Assembly (NCBI GenBank): GCA_003487265.1
Contig: DNEP01000013.1
Coordinates: forward strand, 230,706 to 294,705
Direction: 5' to 3'
Source: Minisyncoccota bacterium
GTDB lineage: Bacteria > Patescibacteriota > Microgenomatia > UBA1400 > UBA12028
Length of the DNA stretch: 64,000 bases
Shown here: positions 55,349 through 64,000 of the stretch, piece after piece
Layout: each line of letters begins with the position of its first letter
Position numbering within the stretch: position 1 is the stretch's first letter
Position numbers and translations under genes: made by a program
The notes under the pieces: model-generated
Database searches by the model: none
What the model saw: only the letters and a program-made list of their open reading frames with translations
Told to the model about the DNA's origin: nothing

Positions 55349-56230
55349 CTACTTCTTCCCTTTCCACAACAACAAAAGCGGAGCGGCAACAAACGGTGAT
55401 GAATACGTCCCAGTGACCGTTCCGATCAACAACGCAAGCACAAACATCCGAAGCGTTTCCCCACCTAGCAGCCACAGTGCAAACAACATCAAAATAATAG
55501 TCATGGAGTTGTTAAATGATCTTCCCAATGTCTCCGTTACCGCCATGTCGATCGTTTCTTCAAAACTGCGCAACGCATCTTTTGCGCGTAGTTCTCGAAT
55601 ACGGTCGTATACCACAATGGTGTCGTGAACACTAAACGAAAGAATCGTTAACAACGCCGTAACAAAAAGAAGGTCAACCTCAACACCGAATCGCCATCCA
55701 AGCAATGAAAAACTTCCGATCAGCACCATCGAATCATGCAACATTGCAACAACCGCAGACACTCCATAGCGCAACTGTTGAAAGCGATACCCAACATATA
55801 TCGCAATGCCACCAGCAGAAAGAAGAACGGCGGTTAACATTTTAATCAACAGCTCTTTCCCCGCAACCGGTCCGATCATTTCGTAACGTAGCTCTTGTGT
55901 CGCTATCTCGTTTTCCAGTAACGAACTGTACATCGTGTTTCGAGTCGTTGCATCGATTGCATTCGTTGTTTGAATGGTATATTCAACTGCCGTTCCACCG
56001 ATTTTTTTCTCAACATGCAGATCATTTCCCAATAAAAGAATGGCTGAATCAATATGTGTCTGCATTTCCTCTGGAGACAATCCCGAGCTTGTAACAAACT
56101 GCAACGAAGAACCTCCGGTAAAATCAATTCCCAATGTGAGCCCATGCATCATCAATGAAAAAATTCCCGACAAAATTACGAACAGAGAAATGAAAAAATA
56201 AAATACACGATACTTCATAAATCGAATCAT
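55349..56230 (-). CDS. secF: Protein translocase subunit SecF
   Basis: Motif GIDFTGGSSLQF, 6 TM helices. Its ATG overlaps the secD stop. Confidence 0.92.
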   Translation of the reverse strand: MIRFMKYRVFYFFISLFVILSGIFSLMMHGLTLGIDFTGGSSLQFVTSSGLSPEEMQTHIDSAILLLGNDLHVEKKIGGTAVEYTIQTTNAIDATTRNTMYSSLLENEIATQELRYEMIGPVAGKELLIKMLTAVLLSAGGIAIYVGYRFQQLRYGVSAVVAMLHDSMVLIGSFSLLGWRFGVEVDLLFVTALLTILSFSVHDTIVVYDRIRELRAKDALRSFEETIDMAVTETLGRSFNNSMTIILMLFALWLLGGETLRMFVLALLIGTVTGTYSSPFVAAPLLLLWKGKK

Positions 56231-57684
56231 CGAACACCTCCCAAAACGTGACTATCTCTCCCCACGCGTTTCAACGAATCATCTCGCAAAAATAATCGCA
56301 ACAATGTGCGCGTCACAACAATCCCCGTAAACAGGCTTACCACAATTCCCAACGCGAGCGTGAGCGCAAATCCTCGAACCATCCCCGAGCGGCTCAAAAA
56401 ATCCCATTCAAGCGGATTGAATAAAATAAAACAGGTGAATAACGTTGCAGTATTCGCATCTTTAATACTGTCCCAAGCGCGACCAAAACCAAGCTCCATC
56501 GCCTGCTTAAACGGTCGTCCAGCGCGCATCTCTTCTTTCATGCGCTCAAAGATCAAAATATTTGAGTCCACCGCCATCCCGATCGACAACAACAATCCCG
56601 CTAATCCAGGTAAACTTAAGGTAACGGGAATCAATTTATACAATGCAACCGTAATAAGCGCATACATTACTAGCGCAAGATCAGCAATGACCCCTCGCCA
56701 TCCGTACAGAAGAATCATAAACACCATCACCACACCTACTCCAAGAAGCCCCGCCAAAAATGTTTGATTCACCGCTTCGTTTCCAAGGCTTGCCCCAATT
56801 GATTCCTGTTGTTCCACGATAATTGGAACAGGGAGCGCCCCCGCATTCAGTTGCACGCTCAGCTCCTTTGCGCCTTCTTCGGTAAAACCGCCACTAATCA
56901 CCGCCTCACCGTTCAAAATTGGTTCGTTCACATTTGGAACAGTTACTGGAAAACCGTCTAAAAAGATTCCAACTGGCTTACCAACATTCCGTTGTGTAAT
57001 CTCGGCAAATTTTTTCTTTCCTTCTTCGGTAAACACGAGAGACACCACAGGTTGCCCATTTTCTGTACTGTACTGCACGCTCGACTTCTTGAGGTCTTTT
57101 CCTGTGAGATCTGTAGGTGAAAAGGAAGAAATCCACGCGATTGTTGCAGAAGGCGAAGCGGGGTCGGGGAAAATTGAATCATCGGGATTCTCTCGAAAAT
57201 CGAGTTGCGCTGTTGTCCCAATGAGATTCAGCGCTTGGTTGGAATCAGACAAACCCGGCATCTCAACAATCAATCGATACTGATCCCCCGCCATCGAGGT
57301 GCGCACCACCGCCTCCGAAACTCCAAACATATCAACACGACGAGAAATAATCTCCCTCGCACTCTCGAGCGCATCCGCACGATCGTCTTTTGGAATATTT
57401 TGCATATCCGCGGTTAACGAAACGCGCGTACCACCTTGAATATCGAGTCCCATCTTCCATTCTAAGTCGCGATACACGCGCAACGATCCCAAGGAAAAAT
57501 CAATTGGTGGACGAATGATGGTTCGATCAACAGAAAACGATTTTCCCGCAATGGACGGTGTCGAGAACACAACCGGAAACGACGAGGGAAGAGCAATATA
57601 CAGCGATACAAAAAAAATACATGCAATAAACAAAAACAACTTTATGTTTCGGGATACTCGTGGTTTTACTAATCTCCCTTTCAT
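56227..57684 (-). CDS. secD: Protein translocase subunit SecD
   Basis: Motif LGLDIQGG, periplasmic domain, C-terminal 6-TM RND-like region. Confidence 0.92.
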   Translation of the reverse strand: MKGRLVKPRVSRNIKLFLFIACIFFVSLYIALPSSFPVVFSTPSIAGKSFSVDRTIIRPPIDFSLGSLRVYRDLEWKMGLDIQGGTRVSLTADMQNIPKDDRADALESAREIISRRVDMFGVSEAVVRTSMAGDQYRLIVEMPGLSDSNQALNLIGTTAQLDFRENPDDSIFPDPASPSATIAWISSFSPTDLTGKDLKKSSVQYSTENGQPVVSLVFTEEGKKKFAEITQRNVGKPVGIFLDGFPVTVPNVNEPILNGEAVISGGFTEEGAKELSVQLNAGALPVPIIVEQQESIGASLGNEAVNQTFLAGLLGVGVVMVFMILLYGWRGVIADLALVMYALITVALYKLIPVTLSLPGLAGLLLSIGMAVDSNILIFERMKEEMRAGRPFKQAMELGFGRAWDSIKDANTATLFTCFILFNPLEWDFLSRSGMVRGFALTLALGIVVSLFTGIVVTRTLLRLFLRDDSLKRVGRDSHVLGGVR

Positions 57685-58280
57685 GCGAGTGTTGGCTTCC
57701 TCTCTAACAACTTTTCCTCTTCGCCAATAATCATCACGCGCGGGAGTTCAAGAATGCTCAACAAGAATGGATCGCGTCGGGCTTTTCGAAACTCGAACTC
57801 TTCTAAACTCATTACCGTGTAGTTAATTTCCCGACCGCGCACCTGTTCTTCCGCGCGAATAAGTTCGGCTAACTCGGGGAGCACAACATCTCCAATTGCG
57901 AGCACATCAACTTCATCATTTGAGTGCGACATCTTTTTTGCAAACTTTCCCGCAAATACGATATACTCTACTTTTCCAAGTTTGGAACGATTTTTCTTCA
58001 TCTGTTTCCCTAATCCAGTCGTTTTTGAAACCAGTTTTAATAAATCAGAATAAAAATCATATGCAGGATTCAAGAAATAATATTTTCGATTTCCTCGCTC
58101 CTCACTCTTCAACATGCCATCCGTTTGAAGTTTATCGAGTTCACGACGTACCGCGTTGATCTCTTCATCAATGTCGCGTGTAATCTGGCGAACGTACCAC
58201 ATCTCCGTTGGATTTTGGAAAAAATACTCGATGAGCTTCACACGAACTTTCGATGTAATGAAATCTAGCAATGATGCCAC
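57681..58280 (-). CDS. Winged-helix + minimal nucleotidyltransferase-fold protein
   Basis: N-terminal wHTH (VKLIEYFFQNPTEMWYVRQITRDIDEEINAVRRELDKL) and an NTase-like G-x(n)-D-x-D (AGKFAKKMSHSNDEVDVLAIGD). GTG start with a strong GAGGAGG RBS. Its stop overlaps the secD start. Confidence 0.5.
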   Translation of the reverse strand: MASLLDFITSKVRVKLIEYFFQNPTEMWYVRQITRDIDEEINAVRRELDKLQTDGMLKSEERGNRKYYFLNPAYDFYSDLLKLVSKTTGLGKQMKKNRSKLGKVEYIVFAGKFAKKMSHSNDEVDVLAIGDVVLPELAELIRAEEQVRGREINYTVMSLEEFEFRKARRDPFLLSILELPRVMIIGEEEKLLERKPTLA

Positions 58281-58358
58281 AGCGCCTCCTCGGTAAAAGA
58301 ATAAAAGGCAGATTCAGCGAGATTATAATACTAATCTGAACACATTTTAAGGATCAAT

Positions 58359-59567
58359 TTAGTAGCTGGGTTTATCTGACTTATCATTCACGACACTAAT
58401 CCAAACCATTCCACGCGCAAACGCAACATCTTTACCTTTTGCATCGGTAAATACAGTTCTTGATTCGCGGTTTTTCTTGGACCAGTTTATTTCTTGCGCT
58501 TCGCCATTAGCGAACAGGTATGCTTTCCCCGATGAAGATGTTTTTATGAAGTTGTGATGATGAATATCAACAGAGAATTCTTCTTTTGCGACCTGCACAA
58601 TGACGTTTTTCGCGGAAATTTGCTTACCCGTTTCAAGATCAAGATGTGCTTGTCCTCCCATAAATCGTTTGTACTCATTTGTAGATGGATCGTATTCCCA
58701 ACGAACCGCTTGATCGGGATAGCCTGACCAAAATTCGTAACTTATTGAGTTCACTGATCCTTTTTCTGCTTTATCATCAGCAAACTTCCAAGGAGTAAAA
58801 GCTTCTCGCCAATCTTTTCCTTCTACGATTTTCCCTTTAACTTTTGTGTCGGGACTTGTATTTGTGTACCCACGTTTCACGCCGAGCGCCCAAAGACGCT
58901 CCGTGCTTGACTCCATCGTGTGTTCTGTGGCGATATCTTTTCCAGCAATACGATCGTAGTTGCGAATAAAGGTTGGTGCACCAATGCTGAATTGGTTCAA
59001 ATCATTTCGAAGTGTCCAACCATAGTCCGCCAAATGTTCAAGTCCACGAACTCGAGGGTCGGTATCCTCTCCATTTGATCCACCAACGTGAACATATAAC
59101 GGCATGTTGTATTCCGAAGCCCAATCAATAAATGCCTGTCGCGCGGATCGCACCGGCGCAACTAACGTGTCTTTCGCTTGAACCTCACAATAGTACATCG
59201 GCATGAATCGCGTAATTCCACCCTCAACCACCGCTTCATATACCACATCTGCCTTGATCAACCCAGATTGTGGACGTGCATCCAGATGATTTTCGATCAT
59301 CACCGCAAGTGGGCGACGCGTATCCCAAGATTCTCGCTCGGCAACCGTGTAATATTTTCCATTCAATGGACATTCCTCAGTCTTTGGAGCATCGGGAGCA
59401 ATGACAATACGATTTGAAGGATCGGGTGTTGGTACGGCTTGCTGGATCACTCCACCACTTCCCAAAAATCCCGAGGCTTGCTGAGAAAGAAAAAACGAGA
59501 ACGCGACATATGATGTTACGGTCGAAACCGCATAAAGCGCGAGCATGGGTGCTGTCATTGACTTCAT
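58359..59567 (-). CDS. DUF3048-domain (YerB-like) secreted/lipoprotein
   Basis: DUF3048 signature (RPLAVMIENH..ARPQSGL..ADVVYEA..EGGITRF) after an N-terminal signal/TM. Confidence 0.7.
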   Translation of the reverse strand: MKSMTAPMLALYAVSTVTSYVAFSFFLSQQASGFLGSGGVIQQAVPTPDPSNRIVIAPDAPKTEECPLNGKYYTVAERESWDTRRPLAVMIENHLDARPQSGLIKADVVYEAVVEGGITRFMPMYYCEVQAKDTLVAPVRSARQAFIDWASEYNMPLYVHVGGSNGEDTDPRVRGLEHLADYGWTLRNDLNQFSIGAPTFIRNYDRIAGKDIATEHTMESSTERLWALGVKRGYTNTSPDTKVKGKIVEGKDWREAFTPWKFADDKAEKGSVNSISYEFWSGYPDQAVRWEYDPSTNEYKRFMGGQAHLDLETGKQISAKNVIVQVAKEEFSVDIHHHNFIKTSSSGKAYLFANGEAQEINWSKKNRESRTVFTDAKGKDVAFARGMVWISVVNDKSDKPSY

Positions 59568-59770
59568 GAATTATCCTTTCACTACCACAACAGTATGTGC
59601 AAAATACGATTGTAACAAGAATATAGAAAAAGATACACTATACGAAGATGGGAGTAAAGAGAATGGAAGATGTTGTTTGAAAAAAACATAAACAATACTG
59701 TATCAATGATATACTGCATCTGAGAAAATCAAATAATTTTTTGTTTGTCCTCACAAAAGAAAGGTGATCT

Positions 59771-60016
59771 ATGTCGATTCGCAGAACTCGAACGCAAAAA
59801 GAGCACGCTGAACTGCAAAGAGAAACCCAAAAGATTGCATATTCATACAGTCCTAACACATCTCAAAAACAACGCGTGCCTCGCATAACAACTCCTTCAA
59901 TGAAAAAAGGGGGAGATGAGGGAAAATACGTGATACACGATCTCAAACGATCGTTGTTTATCAGTGTATTGATGATTGTTGGAATAGTTGCAATGAAAAT
60001 ATATCTGTTTTCTTGA
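59771..60016 (+). CDS. Hypothetical small membrane protein
   Basis: AAAGGTGAT RBS. Basic N-terminus and a C-terminal TM helix (LFISVLMIVGIVAMKIYLF). Confidence 0.35.
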   Translation: MSIRRTRTQKEHAELQRETQKIAYSYSPNTSQKQRVPRITTPSMKKGGDEGKYVIHDLKRSLFISVLMIVGIVAMKIYLFS

Positions 60017-60050
60017 TTCATTCATCACAGTGAAAAATCGTCGTTAAGAA

Positions 60051-61124
60051 TTACAAACACACAATCTTGCCGTTTTGAAGAATCAGCGTATCATCCGCCC
60101 AAACTTCACTTCCTTTTCCACGCATATCTTTCACAATATCCATATGCAGTGCTGACTTATTTGTTCCTTTACATTCCTCATACGCCTCACCAAGCGCCAT
60201 ATGAACCGTTCCCGCGATTTTTTCATCAAACAACATGTTGTACATATAATGTTTGACGCCCGCGTTCATTCCAATTGCGAGTTCACCTAAAAACTTTGAT
60301 CCATGATCGGTGGCGATGAGTTTTCGTAAAAGCTGCTGGTTTTCGGAAGCGGTCGCTTGAACCACCACACCATCTTTAAACTCGAGTCGGATATCGCGCA
60401 TCACTTTTCCCTGCTTTAACAATGGAAAATCAAATGTCACCACACCGTTCACCTTATCCTCGATTGGCGCGGTAAAGACTTCACCGCCAGGCATGTTGTA
60501 CTTTCCATCGTCAGCAATCCAAGCTCTTCCTGCAACAGACAGGCGAATATCAGTTCCTTTTCCGATCACGTGAATTTCTTTTTTTGAGTTGAGGATCTTC
60601 GCGAGTTTCACACATCGAGCGGATTCTTTCACCCAATCGCGATTACACGCGGAGAAATAAAAGTTCACATAACTTTCGTATGACATATTCGCGTCTTGCG
60701 CGAGTGCGTGCGTCGGGTAGGTTGTTAACACCCAAGGTTTTTTCATGGTGATGTCGCGAATGGGCTTGAGGATTTTTGCTCGCTGATTGAGTTTGTCGGG
60801 ATCACATCCGGACATTTCTCTCGTGTTGCGTTGCGCGTCGATCACCGCGGATTTATCGGCCCAGTTTGCGAGAAACTCAGAAACTTCAGGTTTATTTTTG
60901 AGTTGATCCTGTGTCGCGTGATCAAAAAAATACACACCTGTGCGCTCATCTTGAATTTCGAGATGCGCGAACGCACCCGCATCGATAATTCTCTTCACAA
61001 CCTCGCGGGCGAGCGGAAGCCCTTCGGACGAGGTCACCTTCACCCAAATCTTTTCACCCTTTTTAACATCGAGTGAGTAGGAAACGAGTACGCGAGAGAG
61101 TTTTGTGAGACGTGGATCGTTCAT
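60051..61124 (-). CDS. Aminopeptidase (peptidase M29, AmpS/PepS-like)
   Basis: M29-like conserved C-terminal region (GTVHMALGEAYEE...ALHMDIV). 357 aa. Confidence 0.75.
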   Translation of the reverse strand: MNDPRLTKLSRVLVSYSLDVKKGEKIWVKVTSSEGLPLAREVVKRIIDAGAFAHLEIQDERTGVYFFDHATQDQLKNKPEVSEFLANWADKSAVIDAQRNTREMSGCDPDKLNQRAKILKPIRDITMKKPWVLTTYPTHALAQDANMSYESYVNFYFSACNRDWVKESARCVKLAKILNSKKEIHVIGKGTDIRLSVAGRAWIADDGKYNMPGGEVFTAPIEDKVNGVVTFDFPLLKQGKVMRDIRLEFKDGVVVQATASENQQLLRKLIATDHGSKFLGELAIGMNAGVKHYMYNMLFDEKIAGTVHMALGEAYEECKGTNKSALHMDIVKDMRGKGSEVWADDTLILQNGKIVCL

Positions 61125-61145
61125 GGGGGAAATGATACCACAGAT

Positions 61146-61730
61146 TTATGACTGCAGTTGCAAAAACTTCTTCACCTGTCCCCACGCGCGCGCGCGATGC
61201 GAGATCTCGTTTTTGAACGCGCTCCCCAACTCGGCAAATGTTTTTTGATCTGAGTTATTTTCTTTGGGAATAAAGATTGGATCAAAACCAAATCCATCCG
61301 ATCCACGCATTTCGGTTGCAATCGATCCGCGGACTTCACCAAAAAACGATTGGGACTCGTTTTTGATTGGATCATAGATCGCACAGACGCATACAAATCG
61401 CGCACCTCTATTTGATTCGTTCTTCATTTGATCCAAGACATATTGCATTTTTTCTTGATCTGATCCATCCAAAACACGCGCCGTTTTCACACCTAAAAGA
61501 TGTGGGAGCACCTCGACCTCCAACCCTGCATCCTCACCAATCGCCAACGTGTGCGAAAATTCAGCAACAGCTTTAGCTTTTATCATTGCGTTTTCTAAAT
61601 AGGTATCGCCCGTTTCCTCGGGAAAAACGAACTCTTTTTCTACACCCAGAATTTCAAATTGTGGTTCGTTCAACAAAGCACGAATCTCGCGGAGTTTTCC
61701 TTGGTTCAAGGTGGCGATGGTAATCTGCAT
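61146..61730 (-). CDS. rdgB: Non-canonical purine NTP pyrophosphatase (RdgB/Ham1, dITP/XTP pyrophosphatase)
   Basis: Motifs ATLNQGKLREI, FGFDPIF, SHRARA. Start at the ATG at 61730. Confidence 0.85.
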   Translation of the reverse strand: MQITIATLNQGKLREIRALLNEPQFEILGVEKEFVFPEETGDTYLENAMIKAKAVAEFSHTLAIGEDAGLEVEVLPHLLGVKTARVLDGSDQEKMQYVLDQMKNESNRGARFVCVCAIYDPIKNESQSFFGEVRGSIATEMRGSDGFGFDPIFIPKENNSDQKTFAELGSAFKNEISHRARAWGQVKKFLQLQS

Positions 61731-61744
61731 GGTAGAATTCTGGC

Positions 61745-62398
61745 ATGGATTCGCAACAATCACAAGAGAAAATTGTGGAAACGCTTTCGATCTTGCGCAC
61801 ACAATACCCGTCACACCCGATGCACGATGCGTTTGCGCATGATCCGTGGAAAATGCTGGTTGCGGTCATCCTTTCTCAACGCGCAACTGATCTTGCAACA
61901 ATTAAGGTCGCCTCAACGTTGTACGCGCAAGCTGATACACCACAAAAATTGCTCACACTTTCAACACAACAGCTTGAATCAATCATCAAACCTATTGGAT
62001 TTTTTCATCAAAAAACTAGAGGACTACAGAAACTCGCAAACATCATCATTAAAACGCATGCAGGACAAGTCCCCCTCGAAGAACCAGCGCTCCTCGCACT
62101 CCCGATGGTTGGTCAAAAAACGACCAATATTATGCTCAGTTTGTACACAGGCACTCCAAAGATTGCGGTGGATATTCATGTGCATCGTATCAGCAACCGA
62201 TTGGGATGGATCAACTCAAAAACACCGAAAGAAACCGAGAAAAAACTCACCAAGATGATTCCAAAAGACTGGATTGCCATCGTGAACCAAATCTTTGTGC
62301 GCCATGGACAAGAAATCTGTCGACCAATCTCGCCCAAATGCTCGATCTGTCCCATTCACCATCTCTGCAAACGACTCGGTGTTTCTTCACATCGATAA
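61745..62398 (+). CDS. nth: Endonuclease III (Nth)
   Basis: HhH-GPD motif and a C-terminal [4Fe-4S] cluster loop (CRPISPKCSICPIHHLC). Confidence 0.92.
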   Translation: MDSQQSQEKIVETLSILRTQYPSHPMHDAFAHDPWKMLVAVILSQRATDLATIKVASTLYAQADTPQKLLTLSTQQLESIIKPIGFFHQKTRGLQKLANIIIKTHAGQVPLEEPALLALPMVGQKTTNIMLSLYTGTPKIAVDIHVHRISNRLGWINSKTPKETEKKLTKMIPKDWIAIVNQIFVRHGQEICRPISPKCSICPIHHLCKRLGVSSHR

Positions 62399-62415
62399 TG
62401 CTATAGTAAAAAGAT

Positions 62416-63354
62416 ATGAAAACTTCTGCCCAGTTTTCCTCGTTAAAGATCGGCATTGTTGGATGCGGAAAAGTTGGCATGACTGTCGCGTACACCATGT
62501 TACTCGACGGCACGCCGTCGGAAATTGTGTTGTACAACCGTGATCTTTCAAAAATAGTTGGTGAAAAACTCGATCTCGAACACGCCATCCCTTTTCTCGA
62601 TTCTGTAAAAATAACCGCAACCGATTCTTTTCAGGATTTGGCTGGCTGTCATATGATTTTTTACACCGCGGGGAGCGCACAAAAACCTGGAGACACTCGA
62701 CTTGACCTTGTTGATGCAAACATTGCCATATTAGAGTCGATCTTACCAAAAATTGTTGAGGCGGCACCAAACGCAATCATTGTGATGATTGCAAATCCCG
62801 TTGATGTCATGACATATCACGCAAATAAAATGTTCCCACAGATGAAAGGAAAGATTTTTGGATCGGGGACCTTGCTGGACACCGCGAGATTTCGTTTTCA
62901 CTTGTCAGAAATTATCGGAGTCAACTCACATAACATTCACGCGTACATCCTTGGGGAACACGGAGATAGCTCGTTTCCTGTCTACGCATACGCGACCGCA
63001 GGCGGAAAACCGTTAATGGAGTACGATCGCATGAATCGTGCGATGGTTTTTTCTGCATTCGAACGTGCAAAAAACGCCGCGTATGAAATCATTAAATCAA
63101 AAGGAGCGACGTACTACGCGATCGGCGTTGTGGCAAAACGGATCGCACAGATGATCTTTTCGGATGCTAAAGCGATCTTGCCGTTGTCGATGCCACTAGA
63201 TGGTGAGTTTGGAATTCAAGGCGTTTCATTAAGTCTTCCACGCGTGATCGGGGCACAGGGGATCGAACGCACAATACTACCAAATCTCTCTGCCGAGGAA
63301 CGGTTATTCTTAGAAAAATCAGCCGAAACACTCCAACAATATTGCAAATCATAA
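62416..63354 (+). CDS. L-lactate/malate dehydrogenase (LDH/MDH family)
   Basis: Rossmann motif IGIVGCGKVGMTVA, catalytic region (LDTARFR, GEHGDS). Confidence 0.9.
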   Translation: MKTSAQFSSLKIGIVGCGKVGMTVAYTMLLDGTPSEIVLYNRDLSKIVGEKLDLEHAIPFLDSVKITATDSFQDLAGCHMIFYTAGSAQKPGDTRLDLVDANIAILESILPKIVEAAPNAIIVMIANPVDVMTYHANKMFPQMKGKIFGSGTLLDTARFRFHLSEIIGVNSHNIHAYILGEHGDSSFPVYAYATAGGKPLMEYDRMNRAMVFSAFERAKNAAYEIIKSKGATYYAIGVVAKRIAQMIFSDAKAILPLSMPLDGEFGIQGVSLSLPRVIGAQGIERTILPNLSAEERLFLEKSAETLQQYCKS

Positions 63355-63362
63355 CGACGCCT

Positions 63363-64000
63363 ATGATTACCGTCCGAAAAGCAAATGGAAAGTTCGAACC
63401 GTATAGTCAGGAAAAACTGTATCGATCGCTTCAGCGTGCTCGAGTGAGTAAAGATCACCAACATCAACTCGTCAAACAAATCGAGTCGCGACTGTACGAT
63501 GGAATCCCCACCCGCTCAATATATTCACAAATTTCTCAAACACTTCAAGAACAGGAGTTCGCTGAGGCGTGTTCCTATAATCTCAAGCAGGGAATTATGA
63601 AACTAGGACCTACGGGGTATCCATTTGAAAAATACGTTGCTTCTATTTTGGAACATCAGGGATACTCAACGCAGACAAGTCAAATGGTTCAGGGAAAATG
63701 CGTCGCACATGAAGTAGATGTGATTGCAACAAAACCACACGAACGGTATATGGTCGAGTGTAAATTTCACAATCAGTCAGGAATGCAGTCTGATGTAAAG
63801 GTGGCCTTGTACGTTCAGGCACGATTTCAAGATGTTACATGGAGATGGAGTAAAGAAAATACTGCCCCTGAATATCACGCAATGCTTGTCACAAACACGC
63901 GATGTTCAAGTGATGCAATCGCGTATGCAGAGTGCGTTAATATGACAATACTCGGGTGGGGATATCCCGAAAAAGGAAATTTACAAGATTTAATTGAATC
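63363..64000 (+). CDS. ATP-cone domain + Mrr-like restriction-endonuclease-fold protein (C-terminus off-window)
   Basis: ATG at 63363. ATP-cone-like N-terminus (MITVRKANGKFEPYSQEKLYRSL), then a PD-(D/E)xK-like region (VDVIATKP..YMVECKF). The frame stays open to the window end. Confidence 0.55.
   Translation, partial: MITVRKANGKFEPYSQEKLYRSLQRARVSKDHQHQLVKQIESRLYDGIPTRSIYSQISQTLQEQEFAEACSYNLKQGIMKLGPTGYPFEKYVASILEHQGYSTQTSQMVQGKCVAHEVDVIATKPHERYMVECKFHNQSGMQSDVKVALYVQARFQDVTWRWSKENTAPEYHAMLVTNTRCSSDAIAYAECVNMTILGWGYPEKGNLQDLIE

Overview
The window is a compact, low-GC, gene-dense bacterial chromosomal segment, mostly housekeeping genes. The small gene set, several fused genes and apparent absence of biosynthetic pathways are consistent with a reduced-genome, Patescibacteria/CPR-like lineage; this is inference from gene content only.

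Clear conserved blocks:
- A CIRCE-controlled hrcA-grpE-dnaK-dnaJ heat-shock operon.
- ftsH, trpS, gltX, aspS, rpoD-dnaG, truB, mscL, secDF, recJ, cca, nth, ldh.
- A reduced sufCB(D)SU Fe-S assembly operon.
- A t6A cluster with tsaD and a fused tsaC-tsaE gene.
- Cell-envelope genes: a GH39/5-like glycoside hydrolase, a GT4 glycosyltransferase, FemAB, an S11 D-Ala-D-Ala carboxypeptidase, a DUF3048 protein.
- Three tRNA genes, all on the minus strand: tRNA-Ser(GGA), tRNA-Asn(GUU), tRNA-Gln(CUG).

Accessory-looking content that stands out:
1. At the left edge, an ImmA/IrrE-like HEXXH peptidase, tRNA-Ser, an XRE repressor, a pseudo-receiver ORF and RadC(JAMM).
2. A roughly 5 kb stretch (32.6-37.6 kb) abutting tRNA-Asn. 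It holds a class-II Fic gene overlapping a SWIM zinc-finger gene, a truncated paralog of a tRNA-binding-domain gene, a DUF1653 gene, small membrane proteins and a candidate ~250 nt sRNA with its own promoter and strong terminator.
3. A second class-II Fic gene next to a secreted protein, ECF sigma factor and anti-sigma trio.
4. An orphan 55-aa RHH/CopG-like ORF.
5. Two gene fusions: a RibN-like EamA transporter fused to riboflavin kinase, and TsaC fused to TsaE.
6. An orphan promoter-terminator pair, a possible second sRNA.
7. An ATP-cone + Mrr-like restriction-endonuclease gene, partial at the right edge.

No CRISPR array, integrase or transposase was seen. Several genes have a TATAAT box 6-9 nt before the ATG, suggesting frequent leaderless mRNAs. 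Many start codons in the ORF track are TTG/GTG; where an in-frame ATG with a better context exists I used it, so start coordinates are approximate.
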